A stretch of 64,000 bases of DNA from an uncultured Actinomycetota bacterium (GCA_963826265.1 CAWGWH010000002.1:1283246-1347245); one strand, 5' to 3'. Shown: positions 53,283-63,020, counted from the first letter of the stretch. Numbers and translations are program-made. Notes: a model not told the origin generated them from the sequence alone.

Positions 53283-53618
53283 GTGCCCAGCTTCATCAAG
53301 ACCGTGACCTTCGACTGCGGTGACCCGCTCGCGGCAGCGGGCTTCTGGGCCGAGGCCCTGGGCTCGGACGTCGACGAGGACTCCACCGAGGACCGGGCCT
53401 TCGTCGAGGCACCTGGCTGGGGCGGGCCGAACCTCTGGTTCGTGCGCGTGCCCGAAGCCAAGAGCGCCAAGAACCGGATGCACTTCGACCTGCGATCGCC
53501 GGGGACCATCCCCGAGGAGGTGGCCAGGCTCGAGGCGCTGGGCGCCACGGTCCTGACGCCGGGGGAGGAGCTGGTGGTCATGCAGGACCCGGAGGGCAAC
53601 GAGTTCTGCGTCGAGTGA
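53283..53618 (+). CDS. VOC (glyoxalase/bleomycin-resistance fold) family protein
   Basis: 111 aa. It has FWAEALG...NRMHFDL...MQDPEGNEFCV, as in Glyoxalase_6-like proteins. Confidence 0.8.
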   Translation: MPSFIKTVTFDCGDPLAAAGFWAEALGSDVDEDSTEDRAFVEAPGWGGPNLWFVRVPEAKSAKNRMHFDLRSPGTIPEEVARLEALGATVLTPGEELVVMQDPEGNEFCVE

Positions 53619-54643
53619 CCCGGCCCCGCGCTTCGCTGGTCGCTGCCGTGGCGGTCGCCGCGGTCATGGCCGGATGCAGCGCCGATGAGCCGGCCGGTCC
53701 GGCCGGCTCCCCGACGAGTCCCTCGTCGTCGACGGCCGACGCGACCGAGGATCCGGCCACAGGCCTACCCACGGGCTCGACCACGCCGACCACGCCGACC
53801 ACGCCGACCACGGAGCCCGAGCCGGCGCCGGTCCGGCCGGCTGACTTCGACGTACGCCGGGCGCGGGCGGCCGTGCGGCATCTGGCCGGTCGGATCGGGC
53901 CCCGGCACGGCACCAGCCCGGCATTCGCCCGGGCGGTCGAATGGTTCTCGGGCGAGCTCGAGGGCCTCGGCTACCGGGTGCGACGGCAGGGGTTCGACGC
54001 CCCGGCCGGCGTCTCATGGGGCGCGCCCGTGCCCGCAGGACGCTCCGTCAACGTGATCGCAACGCCGCCCGGACTGGATCCGACGTCCCCCCACGTGGTG
54101 ATCGGCGCGCATCTAGACACGGTCCCGCAGGCTCCGGGGGCCGAGGACAACGGCTCCGGCGTTGGGGTGGTGCTGGCGGCTGCTGCCGCCGCGGCCGATC
54201 GCGACACCCGGCTGCCCGTCGTGTGGGTGGCGTTCGGCGCCGAGGAGCCGCGCGGCCCCAGCGACGCCGACCACCACTACGGATCGCGCGCGTACGTCGC
54301 CTCCCTGGGCCCAGCGGAGCGGCAGGCGGTGCGGGGAATGGTGTCGCTCGACCGGGTAGGCGTGGGCGAGCGGGTGCCGGTGGGTTCGGCCCAGGAGTCC
54401 GACCCCCTGCAGCGCTCCCTGCTCGCGGCCGCCGAGCGGGCCCGGGTCCCCGCGACGCCCGACCCGTTCCAGCGCAGCAGCGACCACTGGTCGTTCGTGC
54501 TGGAAGGGATGCCGGGCGCCCGGCTCGGCAGCGCGCCGTACGCCGAGTACCACTCAGCCGGCGACATCCCGTCCGTCGTCGACCCGGCCCAGCTCGAACG
54601 GGTCGGGAGACTCCTCCTTGCCTGGCTGACGCCGTCAGGGTGA
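53615..54643 (+). CDS. M28-family aminopeptidase lipoprotein
   Basis: A GTGA overlap couples it to the upstream gene. It has a lipobox (VMAGC) and the zinc site context HLDTVPQAPGAEDNGSGVGV. Confidence 0.85.
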   Translation: MTRPRASLVAAVAVAAVMAGCSADEPAGPAGSPTSPSSSTADATEDPATGLPTGSTTPTTPTTPTTEPEPAPVRPADFDVRRARAAVRHLAGRIGPRHGTSPAFARAVEWFSGELEGLGYRVRRQGFDAPAGVSWGAPVPAGRSVNVIATPPGLDPTSPHVVIGAHLDTVPQAPGAEDNGSGVGVVLAAAAAAADRDTRLPVVWVAFGAEEPRGPSDADHHYGSRAYVASLGPAERQAVRGMVSLDRVGVGERVPVGSAQESDPLQRSLLAAAERARVPATPDPFQRSSDHWSFVLEGMPGARLGSAPYAEYHSAGDIPSVVDPAQLERVGRLLLAWLTPSG

Positions 54644-55735
54644 GCCGGTGCGCACGTCGCCCAGTATCTCCTCGGCGGCCGCTCCGCGGACCGGCCGCGG
54701 CGCGAAGTCTGGCCCCATCCGGTACGGCTCGAGCCGGACGTCCGCGAGCCGGTCACCCCGGAACGTTGCCACCAGCATCACGCCCTCCATCGTCTGCTCC
54801 ATGAAGTCCATGTCGAAGACGAAGTTGCCGAGGGAGTGCGCGATGACAGCGTCTCCGACCCGCTCCATGCCCTGCACCCAGTGGGGGTGACCGCCGACGA
54901 CCAGGTCGGCGCCGGCGCGGACCAGCGCCCGCCCGACCTGCGACTGGATCGGCTCCGGCGTGTGCGTGTACTGATCGCCCCAGTGGGGGAGCACGACCAC
55001 GACGTCGACCCGGTCGGCGAGGCGCCGCACCACGCCGGTCACGTGGTCGAGGTCGGGCTGCTGCAGCGGCCCGGTGCGCGGCGGCATCCGGACCGAGAGC
55101 GCGCCTGGGGAGCCCAGCGTGGCCATCGGGGTCTCGCCGATCGCGTTGAAGCCCACGAAGCCGAACGTGACGCCGTTGCGCCGTACGACGGCGGCGCGAC
55201 TGGCCTGGGCGAGGTCTCGGCCGGCGCCGAAGGACTGGATCCGACGGCCTCCGAACGCCCGCAGGGTCTCATCGAGAGCGACCGGCCCGAAGTCGCCGGT
55301 GTGGTTGTTGGCGAGCGAGAGCGCGTCGAAGCCGAGCCGCTCGAGCCCCGCCAGCGACCCCGGCGGCGCGAAGAACGAGTCGTCGTTCGGCTGCCGCGGC
55401 TCGCCGTTGTCGGACAGCGTGCTCTCGAGGGTGCCGACCGCGATGTCTGCCCGGTCGATCCGGTCGGCGAGGAACCGCAGGGGGCGCGCCGGCTCCTCGG
55501 GGCTGGCGACGCCGCGCCCGAGCATGATGTCCCCGACGACCAGCACCCGCGTGACCGGTGGCGGCTCGGGACTCGCGGTCGGCGACGAGGACGGGCCGGG
55601 GGAGTCCGTCGAAGGCTCGGACGCGGAGGCGGTCGAGCGCTCGGGGGCCGGCCGCGGCGCGGCGTCCACGCTGCAGCCGGCGGCCAGCCCGGCGATCGCC
55701 AGCGCCGCGGGGGCGCCGTACCACCGACCGAACAT
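54635..55735 (-). CDS. CapA-family (PGA_cap metallophosphatase-like) lipoprotein
   Basis: 366 aa with lipobox LAAGC, and VLVVGDIMLGRG, LANNHTGDFG and HWGDQY motifs. Confidence 0.85.
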   Translation of the reverse strand: MFGRWYGAPAALAIAGLAAGCSVDAAPRPAPERSTASASEPSTDSPGPSSSPTASPEPPPVTRVLVVGDIMLGRGVASPEEPARPLRFLADRIDRADIAVGTLESTLSDNGEPRQPNDDSFFAPPGSLAGLERLGFDALSLANNHTGDFGPVALDETLRAFGGRRIQSFGAGRDLAQASRAAVVRRNGVTFGFVGFNAIGETPMATLGSPGALSVRMPPRTGPLQQPDLDHVTGVVRRLADRVDVVVVLPHWGDQYTHTPEPIQSQVGRALVRAGADLVVGGHPHWVQGMERVGDAVIAHSLGNFVFDMDFMEQTMEGVMLVATFRGDRLADVRLEPYRMGPDFAPRPVRGAAAEEILGDVRTGSP

Positions 55736-55819
55736 GGCCCCACGGTACGGACTGCAACCCTTTCCCAGCCGTTAGCGTCTTCGCAGGACCACCATCGAAG
55801 CTCGGGAGGGAGCAACGCC

Positions 55820-56374
55820 ATGAGGAACGTTCGCCACGCACTCGCCATCGCGGCCGCCGCCGCACTGACCACCACGCTCTTCGCCGCACCGGCCCACGCC
55901 CAAGGCGTCCGGACCGACGACGGCGCCGACGCCACCGCGTCGCTCACCGACATCCGGATCGTCCGGGTCCGGCACACCGACGACCGGTTGACCGTCAAGG
56001 TCAACTTCCCGGACCTGCGGAAGAACGCCTCCGCGAGCATGAACATCTACGTCGACACCGACTTGGGCGCGAGGGGCCCCGAGTACGTCCTCGGCACGCC
56101 GCTGTTCAGCGGCAGCGACTACGCGCTGTGGCGTATGGAGGACTGGAAGTTCACCGGGACCAGGCCGGTCGACTGCCGCTACGGCATGACCTACAAGTGG
56201 CGCCGCGACTTCGTGGTCTTCTCCGCGCGCCGCGGCTGCTTCGACCGGCCGAACGAGCTCCGGATCGGGCTGCGGATGCACGACACGGCCGACGCGTCCC
56301 ACCCGGTGACCGACTGGCTGAGGGGCCGCCGCCTGTTCACCCGCTGGCTGGACGCCGCCGCCCCGAACGCCTGA
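55820..56374 (+). CDS. Secreted hypothetical protein
   Basis: 184 aa from ATG 55820 with a GGGAGGGAG ribosome-binding site and signal peptide LTTTLFAAPAHAQG. Confidence 0.6.
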   Translation: MRNVRHALAIAAAAALTTTLFAAPAHAQGVRTDDGADATASLTDIRIVRVRHTDDRLTVKVNFPDLRKNASASMNIYVDTDLGARGPEYVLGTPLFSGSDYALWRMEDWKFTGTRPVDCRYGMTYKWRRDFVVFSARRGCFDRPNELRIGLRMHDTADASHPVTDWLRGRRLFTRWLDAAAPNA

Positions 56375-56383
56375 CCGACCCGG

Positions 56384-56668
56384 TCACAGCCGATCCCGGC
56401 GGACCCGCCGCCGCAGCTGCCAGATGCGCAGCGTGCCGGCGACCGCCGCGAGCACCAGGCCCGCGACGCTGGCGATCAGGAGCGCCACCGCCAGGGGAGT
56501 CTCGCCCTCCCAGCCCAGGAACGTCACATCGACCGGGTCGGTGTTCTGCGCGATGAAGACGATCAGCAGCACGAGGACGATCGCGCTCCCGACCACCGCG
56601 ATCCACAGTCCGCTGGTGCGGGAGCCGCGCAGCGGGTTCGGCTCCGGGCGTGTCTCGCTGTCGGTCAT
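56384..56668 (-). CDS. LapA/DUF1049-family small membrane protein
   Basis: 94 aa with two TM segments and a basic tail (WQLRRRVRRDRL). Confidence 0.7.
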   Translation of the reverse strand: MTDSETRPEPNPLRGSRTSGLWIAVVGSAIVLVLLIVFIAQNTDPVDVTFLGWEGETPLAVALLIASVAGLVLAAVAGTLRIWQLRRRVRRDRL

Positions 56669-56704
56669 GGAGCGACCCTAACCGGCTGCGGGCCCGGGGA
56701 CGTC

Positions 56705-56759
56705 GTTGCAACTCAGGGGTTGCATGTCGCGACGAGAGATGCAACCATCGAGTTGCAAT
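56705..56759. promoter_or_regulatory. Nested palindromic operator candidate (four TTGCA-type half sites) for the downstream ArsR-family regulator
   Basis: GTTGCAACTC...GAGTTGCAAT is the outer pair (9/10). GGTTGCAT...ATGCAACC is the inner pair (8/8). GTCGCGAC is the centre. Confidence 0.5.
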
Positions 56760-56785
56760 AGACCGCGACCCGAGAGGACCCAGCG

Positions 56786-57253
56786 ATGACCACGCACGAG
56801 AACCTGGACGCCGACCTCATCGACCGGATCGACCGGCAGATCGAGATCGACGCGACCGCCGAGACGGTGTGGCAGCTGGTCTCCCGCCCCGGCTGGTGGA
56901 TCAACGAGGGGGAGGTCGCCCCGGACCCAGCCATCCGCCGCGAGGACGACCTGCACGTTGTCGTCCACCCGACGTACGGCGAGTTCCGACTGCAGACGCT
57001 GCAGGAGGACCGGCCGCGTTACGTCGCGTTCCGCTGGCTCGACCAGGACGCACCCGAGAGCGGGACGACGGTCGAGTTCTGGATCGACGAGCGGGCCGGC
57101 GGGGTCACCCTGCGGGTCGCGGAGAGCGGCTTCACCCATCTCCCCAAGGACCGTGCGGCGATCGCGACCCAGGTCACCGAGAACACGCGGGGCTGGGAGC
57201 TCGAGCTCGAGGCGGCCCGCCGCTACGTGTTGGCTGTGGGCGGGCCAGCGTGA
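56786..57253 (+). CDS. SRPBCC (AHSA1/START-like) domain protein
   Basis: 155 aa. The operon position ahead of an ArsR regulator is typical. Confidence 0.75.
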   Translation: MTTHENLDADLIDRIDRQIEIDATAETVWQLVSRPGWWINEGEVAPDPAIRREDDLHVVVHPTYGEFRLQTLQEDRPRYVAFRWLDQDAPESGTTVEFWIDERAGGVTLRVAESGFTHLPKDRAAIATQVTENTRGWELELEAARRYVLAVGGPA

Positions 57254-57567
57254 CCGGCGGGACTCTCACGCCGGTGTTTGCGGCGTTGGGCGACGACACG
57301 CGTTGGGCGATCCTGGCGCGGCTGGGGGAGGCGCCGGGCTCGGCGTCGGCCCTCGCCCGTGAGCTGCCGGTCAGTAGGCAGGCGATCGTGAAGCACCTCG
57401 AGGTGCTGCGGGCCGCCGGGCTGGTGGAGTCCGAGACCCGCGGTCGCGAGGTGGTCCACCGCGCGATCGGCGGCCGGCTCAACGACGTGGCTCGGCGGCT
57501 CGAGGAGATCGGCAGCGCCTGGGACGCCCGGCTCGCGGGCATCAAGCGGCTCGCCGAGGGCGGGTGA
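57250..57567 (+). CDS. ArsR/SmtB-family transcriptional regulator
   Basis: A GTGA overlap couples it to the upstream gene. It has FAALGDDTRWAILARL...ELPVSRQAIVKHLEVLRAAGLV. Confidence 0.88.
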   Translation: MTGGTLTPVFAALGDDTRWAILARLGEAPGSASALARELPVSRQAIVKHLEVLRAAGLVESETRGREVVHRAIGGRLNDVARRLEEIGSAWDARLAGIKRLAEGG

Positions 57568-57571
57568 GGTC

Positions 57572-58417
57572 TCAACCGGCGGCGACCAGGGCCACGGCGG
57601 CTCCGCACAGCACCAGGCCGATCGCCTGCCAGCGGTGGACGTGCTCACGGAGCACGGTCGCTGCGAGCAGCACCGTGAACGCGGGGTACAACGACGCCAG
57701 CACCGCCGTGACCGTCAGGAAGCCCTGCTGGGTGGCCACCAGGAACGCCCCCGTGGCCGTCGCGCCGAGAACGCCGGTCGCTGCTCCGGCGTACGCCGCG
57801 CGGGAGCGGGGCACCCAGGCGGCGCGGGCCAGGCTGGCCGCGACCACGATGACCACCGCCGCGACGAGCTGGTTGAGCGCGAGCGGGGCGAAGCCGGCCG
57901 ACTCGGGGATCTGGGCGAGTGACGCGAAGAGCGTGCCGAACCCGAGCCCGGCCAGCACCCCGTCGAGCATGCCCGACCCGGCCGGGCTCGCGCCGGTGAC
58001 GTCCTCGCCTGCCGGTTCCCTCGCCACGAGCCAGATGCCGGGCATGGCCGCGAGGATGCCCAGCCACACCAGGACCGCGGGCCGCTCTCCGGAGATCAGT
58101 CCGACCGCGACGGGGAGCAGCGCGGCGCCGACCCCTGAGACGGGGGCGACGACGCCCATCCGGCCCGAGGAGAGTCCCCGGTAGAGGAACACCGTGCCGA
58201 GGCCGTTGCCGGCACCGGCGAGCACCGCCCAGCCGTAGTCGCCGCCGACGGGGTCGCCCGCCACGACCAGCGAGACCCCGACCATGACCACCCCACCGGC
58301 CGCCTGGCCGACCAGCGCCACGGCCCACGGGCTGGCCCGCTTGGAGAACACGCCACCGATGAAGTCCGACAGCCCGTACGCCACGGCCGAGCCGAGCGCG
58401 AGCAGGATCGCGATCAC
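57572..58417 (-). CDS. EamA/DMT-family transporter
   Basis: 281 aa from GTG 58417 (VIAILLALGSAVAYGLSDFIGG) with about 10 TM segments. A GTGA overlap couples it to the upstream DUF456 gene. Confidence 0.8.
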   Translation of the reverse strand: MIAILLALGSAVAYGLSDFIGGVFSKRASPWAVALVGQAAGGVVMVGVSLVVAGDPVGGDYGWAVLAGAGNGLGTVFLYRGLSSGRMGVVAPVSGVGAALLPVAVGLISGERPAVLVWLGILAAMPGIWLVAREPAGEDVTGASPAGSGMLDGVLAGLGFGTLFASLAQIPESAGFAPLALNQLVAAVVIVVAASLARAAWVPRSRAAYAGAATGVLGATATGAFLVATQQGFLTVTAVLASLYPAFTVLLAATVLREHVHRWQAIGLVLCGAAVALVAAG

Positions 58418-58890
58418 GTGAGGACCACGCCCACGACCCAGCACCCGGCCGCGAGCGTGCCGGCCGCGAGCTCGATCAGGATGCTGAGGCCGACCGCGCG
58501 CAGGGCCGCCTTGGTGGTGGGGCCGGCCGCGGCCGCGCCGAGGCGGCGTCTCTCCGCGAGGTACACACCGAGCACGAAGCCCAGGAACAGTCCGATCACC
58601 GGTACGACGAAGAAGCCGACCAGGCCGAGCGCCACCCCGGTCCACTGCGTGGACGACGGGATCCCGATCTCCTTGAGCCGCCGGCCGGGCACGGCGTACT
58701 TGGCCAGCGCACCGAGCAGGGTGAGGCATGCGGCGACACCGAGGACGATCCAGGCGGTGCGCTCGCCGAGCTCGGTGGCCCAGACGAGGATCGCCCCGAG
58801 GATGAGCAGCCCACCGGGGAGGATCGGGACCAGGATGCCGAGCAGCCCGATCGCGATGGCGACCGCGACCGCGAACTCCAGCCAGCTCAC
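58414..58890 (-). CDS. DUF456-family membrane protein
   Basis: 158 aa with LGILVPILPGGLLILGAILVW and 4 TM segments. Confidence 0.7.
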   Translation of the reverse strand: MSWLEFAVAVAIAIGLLGILVPILPGGLLILGAILVWATELGERTAWIVLGVAACLTLLGALAKYAVPGRRLKEIGIPSSTQWTGVALGLVGFFVVPVIGLFLGFVLGVYLAERRRLGAAAAGPTTKAALRAVGLSILIELAAGTLAAGCWVVGVVLT

Positions 58891-58924
58891 CGCGACACCT
58901 TCCCACAGGGTCTTCCCGGGGACG

Positions 58925-58959
58925 GCGAAGGCCCCGGACCGATGGTCCGGGGCCTTCGC
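58925..58959 (-). terminator. Strong hairpin downstream of the 77-aa gene
   Basis: GCGAAGGCCCCGGACC-GAT-GGTCCGGGGCCTTCGC forms a 16-bp perfect stem. Confidence 0.6.
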
Positions 58960-58978
58960 AGACGTCTACGTCGTGGGC

Positions 58979-59212
58979 TCAGAGCTCCGCGTCGGGTGCA
59001 ATGGCCGGGATGTCGCCGAGCTTGTGGGTCTCGTCGTGGAACGCAACCGCGACGTCGCGCAGGGCGTCGCCGTGCTCACGCGCGTGGTGGGCGCAGAAGT
59101 GCAGCTCACCACCGGACTGGAGCTCGACCCGGAGGTAGGCCTGTGCCCCGCAGCGGTCGCAGCGGTCTGCAGCGCTCAGCGCGGATGCACCAGGGGCAAC
59201 GGCGGTGTTCAC
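58979..59212 (-). CDS. Conserved actinobacterial small Cys/His protein (DUF7455-like, from memory)
   Basis: 77 aa with CDRCGAQAYLRV...LHFCAHHAREH, a zinc-ribbon-like CxxC...CxHH pattern. Confidence 0.6.
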   Translation of the reverse strand: MNTAVAPGASALSAADRCDRCGAQAYLRVELQSGGELHFCAHHAREHGDALRDVAVAFHDETHKLGDIPAIAPDAEL

Positions 59213-59542
59213 ATCGGCCTCATTTCTGCTTTCTCGGGGTGTCTGGTGAACGTAGTGGCGGTACCCAAAGATTCCCGCCGGGACGTGTCGCCCGACACCT
59301 CAATCCAACCACGGCACCTAAATCGACCTGCGAGGGATTCCATGTGCTGAACCTCCCTCTCGACTCAGTGGCTACGGTGAGTGTGACGCGGTGGCGGGCC
59401 ATCTCGTTGCCAAATGCGGAACCTTGTAGACGAATATTTTCTCCCACGTGATCTGACCCACAGGTGCTGCCTGTGCGACCCACGGTAGACCCGGCCCCGG
59501 CTATCCATCGGCAGGCGAGCCTGCGTCGGCGTACGGCGTGTC

Positions 59543-61690
59543 GTGGGTAGATTCGGAGTCGACAACACCATCGATGGCCGACCCAACGACACGGATCAGA
59601 CACGGAGCAGCACCATCGCCGACCACACCTACAACGCCGCCCACCTCCTCGTCCTGGAGGGGCTGGAGGCGGTGCGCAAGCGCCCTGGCATGTACATCGG
59701 GTCCACCGACACCCGCGGCCTCATGCACTGCCTCTGGGAGATCATCGACAACGGCGTCGACGAGGCGCTCGCCGGTTCCGCGCAGACGGTCGAGGTGACG
59801 CTCCACCCCGACGACTCCGTCGAGGTGTACGACGACGGCCGGGGCATCCCGACCGACAAGGAACCCAAGACCGGGCTGCCGGGCGTCGAGGTGGTCGCGA
59901 CCAAGCTCCACGCCGGCGGCAAGTTCGGCGGCGGCTCGTACGTCGCGACCGGCGGCCTGCACGGCGTGGGCCTCTCGGTCGTCAACGCGCTGTCGTCGCG
60001 GATGGACATCGACGTCGACCGCTCGCCCTCCCAGCAGGGGCTCAGCTTCCAGCGCGGCGTTCCCGGCGTCTTCGACAAGGACGGCCCCGGCGGCGCGTTC
60101 ACCCCCAAGTCGGGCCTGACCCGGAAGGGCAAGCGAGTCGCCCAGGGCAAGACCGGTACCCGGATCCGTTTCTGGCCCGACCGCCAGATCTTCACCAAGG
60201 ACGCCCGGTTCGAGTTCGAGGGGCTGCTGGGCCGGGCCCGGCAGACGTCGTTCATCGTCCCCGGCCTCGAGCTGGTGATCCGCGACCTGCGCGGCACCGA
60301 CGACGTGGGGGGCCCGGTCGAGGAGAAGTTCCGCCACGACGGCGGGATCGCGGAGTTCGTCGAGTTCCTGTCGCACGACGAGCCCGTCACGGAGGTGCGG
60401 CGGCTCCAGGGCAAGGACAACTTCACCGAGACCGTCCCGATGCTCGACGACGAGGGGCACATGACGCCGCAGGAGGTGGAGCGTGAGCTGACCGTCGACG
60501 TGGCGGTCCGATGGGGCACCGGTTACGACACCGAGATGAAGTCATTCGTGAACGTGATCGCCACCCCCAAGGGTGGCACCCACGTGAGCGGCTACGAGGC
60601 GGCGCTGACCAAGACGTTCAACGAGGCGATGCGGGCGTCGAAAGCGCTCAAGGTCAACGACGACGACGTGATCAAGGACGACGTCCTCGAGGGCATGACG
60701 GCGGTCGTGACGGTCCGGCTGGCCGAGCCGCAGTTCGAGGGGCAGACCAAGGAGATCCTCGGGACGCCGGCGGTGCGCGCCGTTGTCCGCAAGATCGTCA
60801 GCGGCGAGCTCAAGAAGTTCCTCACCTCCACGAAGCGGACCGACAAGGCCCAGGCCAAGCTGCTCATGGAGAAGGTGGTGTCGGCGTCCAAGACCCGGAT
60901 CGCCGCACGCCAGCACAAGGAGACCCAGCGCCGTAAGAACGCCCTCGAGTCCTCCGCTCTCCCGTCGAAGCTCGCCGACTGCCGCGCCACCGACAACGAG
61001 CGCACCGAGCTCTTCATCGTCGAGGGCGACTCCGCGCTCGGCACCGCCAAGCTGGCCCGCGACTCCGAGTTCCAGGCCCTGCTGCCGATCCGCGGCAAGA
61101 TCCTGAACGTCCAGAAGGCGTCGGTGGGCGACATGTTCAAGAACGCCGAGTGCGCCTCGATCCTGCAGGTCGTCGGCGCCGGGTCCGGCCGCACGTTCGA
61201 GCTCGACTCGGTGCGCTACGGGCGGATCATCTTCATGGCGGACGCGGACTCTGACGGCGCCCACATCCGGACCCTGCTCGCGACCCTGTTCTTCAAGTAC
61301 ATGGAGGACCTGGTCGCGGCCGGCCGCGTGTTCTCCGCCGTACCCCCGCTGCACCGGATCGAGCTCTCCAACCCCAAGAAGGGGATGGACAAGTACGTCT
61401 ACACCTACTCCGACGACGAGCTGCAGCGGAAGCTGGCCGAGCTGTCGAAGAAGGGCGTCCGCTGGAAGGACCCCGTGCAGCGCTACAAGGGCCTCGGCGA
61501 GATGGACGCCGACCAGCTGGCCGAGACCACCATGGACCCCCGCCGCCGCACCCTGCGGCGGCTCACCCTCGACGATGCCGACGAGGCCGCCCGCGTCTTC
61601 GACCTCCTGATGGGCTCCGACGTCGCCCCGCGCAAGGAGTTCATCGTGCAGGGTGCCTATGAGGTCGACATCGAGGCGCTGGACGCGTGA
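59543..61690 (+). CDS. parE: Type IIA topoisomerase ATPase subunit B, ParE-like paralogue
   Basis: 715 aa with LEGLEAVRKRPGMYIGSTD, GLMHCLWEIIDNGVDEA, a Toprim domain (ELFIVEGDSALG) and PLHRI..YKGLGEM. The context beside the principal sigma gene matches the Streptomyces parE locus (from memory). The GTG start is uncertain. Confidence 0.88.
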   Translation: MGRFGVDNTIDGRPNDTDQTRSSTIADHTYNAAHLLVLEGLEAVRKRPGMYIGSTDTRGLMHCLWEIIDNGVDEALAGSAQTVEVTLHPDDSVEVYDDGRGIPTDKEPKTGLPGVEVVATKLHAGGKFGGGSYVATGGLHGVGLSVVNALSSRMDIDVDRSPSQQGLSFQRGVPGVFDKDGPGGAFTPKSGLTRKGKRVAQGKTGTRIRFWPDRQIFTKDARFEFEGLLGRARQTSFIVPGLELVIRDLRGTDDVGGPVEEKFRHDGGIAEFVEFLSHDEPVTEVRRLQGKDNFTETVPMLDDEGHMTPQEVERELTVDVAVRWGTGYDTEMKSFVNVIATPKGGTHVSGYEAALTKTFNEAMRASKALKVNDDDVIKDDVLEGMTAVVTVRLAEPQFEGQTKEILGTPAVRAVVRKIVSGELKKFLTSTKRTDKAQAKLLMEKVVSASKTRIAARQHKETQRRKNALESSALPSKLADCRATDNERTELFIVEGDSALGTAKLARDSEFQALLPIRGKILNVQKASVGDMFKNAECASILQVVGAGSGRTFELDSVRYGRIIFMADADSDGAHIRTLLATLFFKYMEDLVAAGRVFSAVPPLHRIELSNPKKGMDKYVYTYSDDELQRKLAELSKKGVRWKDPVQRYKGLGEMDADQLAETTMDPRRRTLRRLTLDDADEAARVFDLLMGSDVAPRKEFIVQGAYEVDIEALDA

Positions 61691-61777
61691 ACCTCGACAG
61701 GCAGGTCCGCTGGTCGCTCGGCTGACGCGGCTCCTCGAGGTGACAACGGCTCGCCTCTTCCCTCGGAGCACAGCGAC

Positions 61778-62140
61778 GTGGACGATGGATCGACGAGCGT
61801 CAGCTCGTTCGCGTCGACCGGAGGGGGAGCTGTGGGGTTCATCCAGATCATCGAGTACCAGACTTCGCGCAACGAGGAGATCGAGGCTCTCGGCAAGGAG
61901 TTCCGAGAGCAATCGGCCGAAGCGACGGGGGCGGCGAAACCGCTGCGCGGAACCGTCACCGCCGACCAGGACAGGCCCGGCTTCTTCCTCAGTCTCATCG
62001 AGTTCGAGTCGGCCGAAGCCGCCATGGAAGCCTCGAGCCGTCCTGAGACCCAAGCGTTCTTCGGTCGCCTCAGCGAGCTCATGGATGGCCCCCCGAAGTT
62101 CTACAACCTGGCCGTGGTCGACACCTGGGAGATGGGGTAG
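61778..62140 (+). CDS. Hypothetical small protein, possibly an ABM/dimeric alpha-beta-barrel fold
   Basis: GFIQIIEYQT...FLSLIEFESAEAAMEASSRPE. The start is ambiguous between ATG 61778 and GTG 61832. Confidence 0.45.
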   Translation: MDDGSTSVSSFASTGGGAVGFIQIIEYQTSRNEEIEALGKEFREQSAEATGAAKPLRGTVTADQDRPGFFLSLIEFESAEAAMEASSRPETQAFFGRLSELMDGPPKFYNLAVVDTWEMG

Positions 62141-62141
62141 G

Positions 62142-63020
62142 TCAGGCAGGGCGTGCGCCCAGCACGCTGATCGCCTGAGCGGCGGCACGGGCACCCGCCG
62201 CCAGCGCGGCAGCCGGGTCGCGGTCTGCCGTCCAGACGCTCAGGAACCCGGCCGCGAACGCGTCCCCCGCCCCGGTCGTGTCCACGACCGTGGCTGGTAC
62301 CGGGTCGACCCGGGTCGACGTCCCGCCCGTGGTCAGCGACGCGCCGTCGGCGCCCAGGGTCAGGACCACGGCCGGGAACGGCTGCGCCAGTGCGGCGGCG
62401 ACCTCGTCCGGGTCCTCGAGTGCGGTCAGGAACCGGCCCTCGAGGAGGTTCGGGAGCAGCACGTCGGCCCCGGCGACCCAGCCGAGGAAGGCGTCTGCCC
62501 CGGAGTGGGCGAGGAAGCCCGCCGAGCTGGGGTCGACCGACACCCCGCAACCCGCCGCTCGCGCTCGCGCCAGCAGGTCGAGCACGACGGGGCGCACGGC
62601 GTCGTCGAAGAACGAGTACCCGGTCAGGTGCAGCCACCCCACTCCGTCGAGCACGTCAGCCGGAAGGTCGTCGGACGAGAGCCGGGCGTTCGCGGCACGG
62701 TCGACGAACATGGTCCGCTCGCCCGCCGGGTCGAGGTTCAGGACGATCGTGGCCGTCTCCGCGTCGGGGTCGGCGCCCACGCGGGCGTCCACGCCGTACG
62801 CCGTAAGCGCTTCCCGGTGCCGCGCCGCACCTTCGACCCCGGCGCGCCCGACGAACCGGACGTCGGCTCCGAGGTGACCCAGCCACGCCGCGACGTTGGC
62901 GGCCGACCCGCCGGCAGTCCGGCGGATCTCGGCGTCGGTGTCGCTCGCGGTGTTCACCGAGCCGAGGGGGCGGACCACGATGTCGTCGACCACGTCGCCG
63001 ACGACGAGCAGACGTGTCAT
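62142..63020 (-). CDS. PfkB-family carbohydrate kinase, likely a pseudouridine kinase by context
   Basis: 292 aa with VVGDVVDDIV and VVDTTGAGDAFAAGF motifs. A 4-nt overlap couples it to psuG. Confidence 0.8.
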   Translation of the reverse strand: MTRLLVVGDVVDDIVVRPLGSVNTASDTDAEIRRTAGGSAANVAAWLGHLGADVRFVGRAGVEGAARHREALTAYGVDARVGADPDAETATIVLNLDPAGERTMFVDRAANARLSSDDLPADVLDGVGWLHLTGYSFFDDAVRPVVLDLLARARAAGCGVSVDPSSAGFLAHSGADAFLGWVAGADVLLPNLLEGRFLTALEDPDEVAAALAQPFPAVVLTLGADGASLTTGGTSTRVDPVPATVVDTTGAGDAFAAGFLSVWTADRDPAAALAAGARAAAQAISVLGARPA

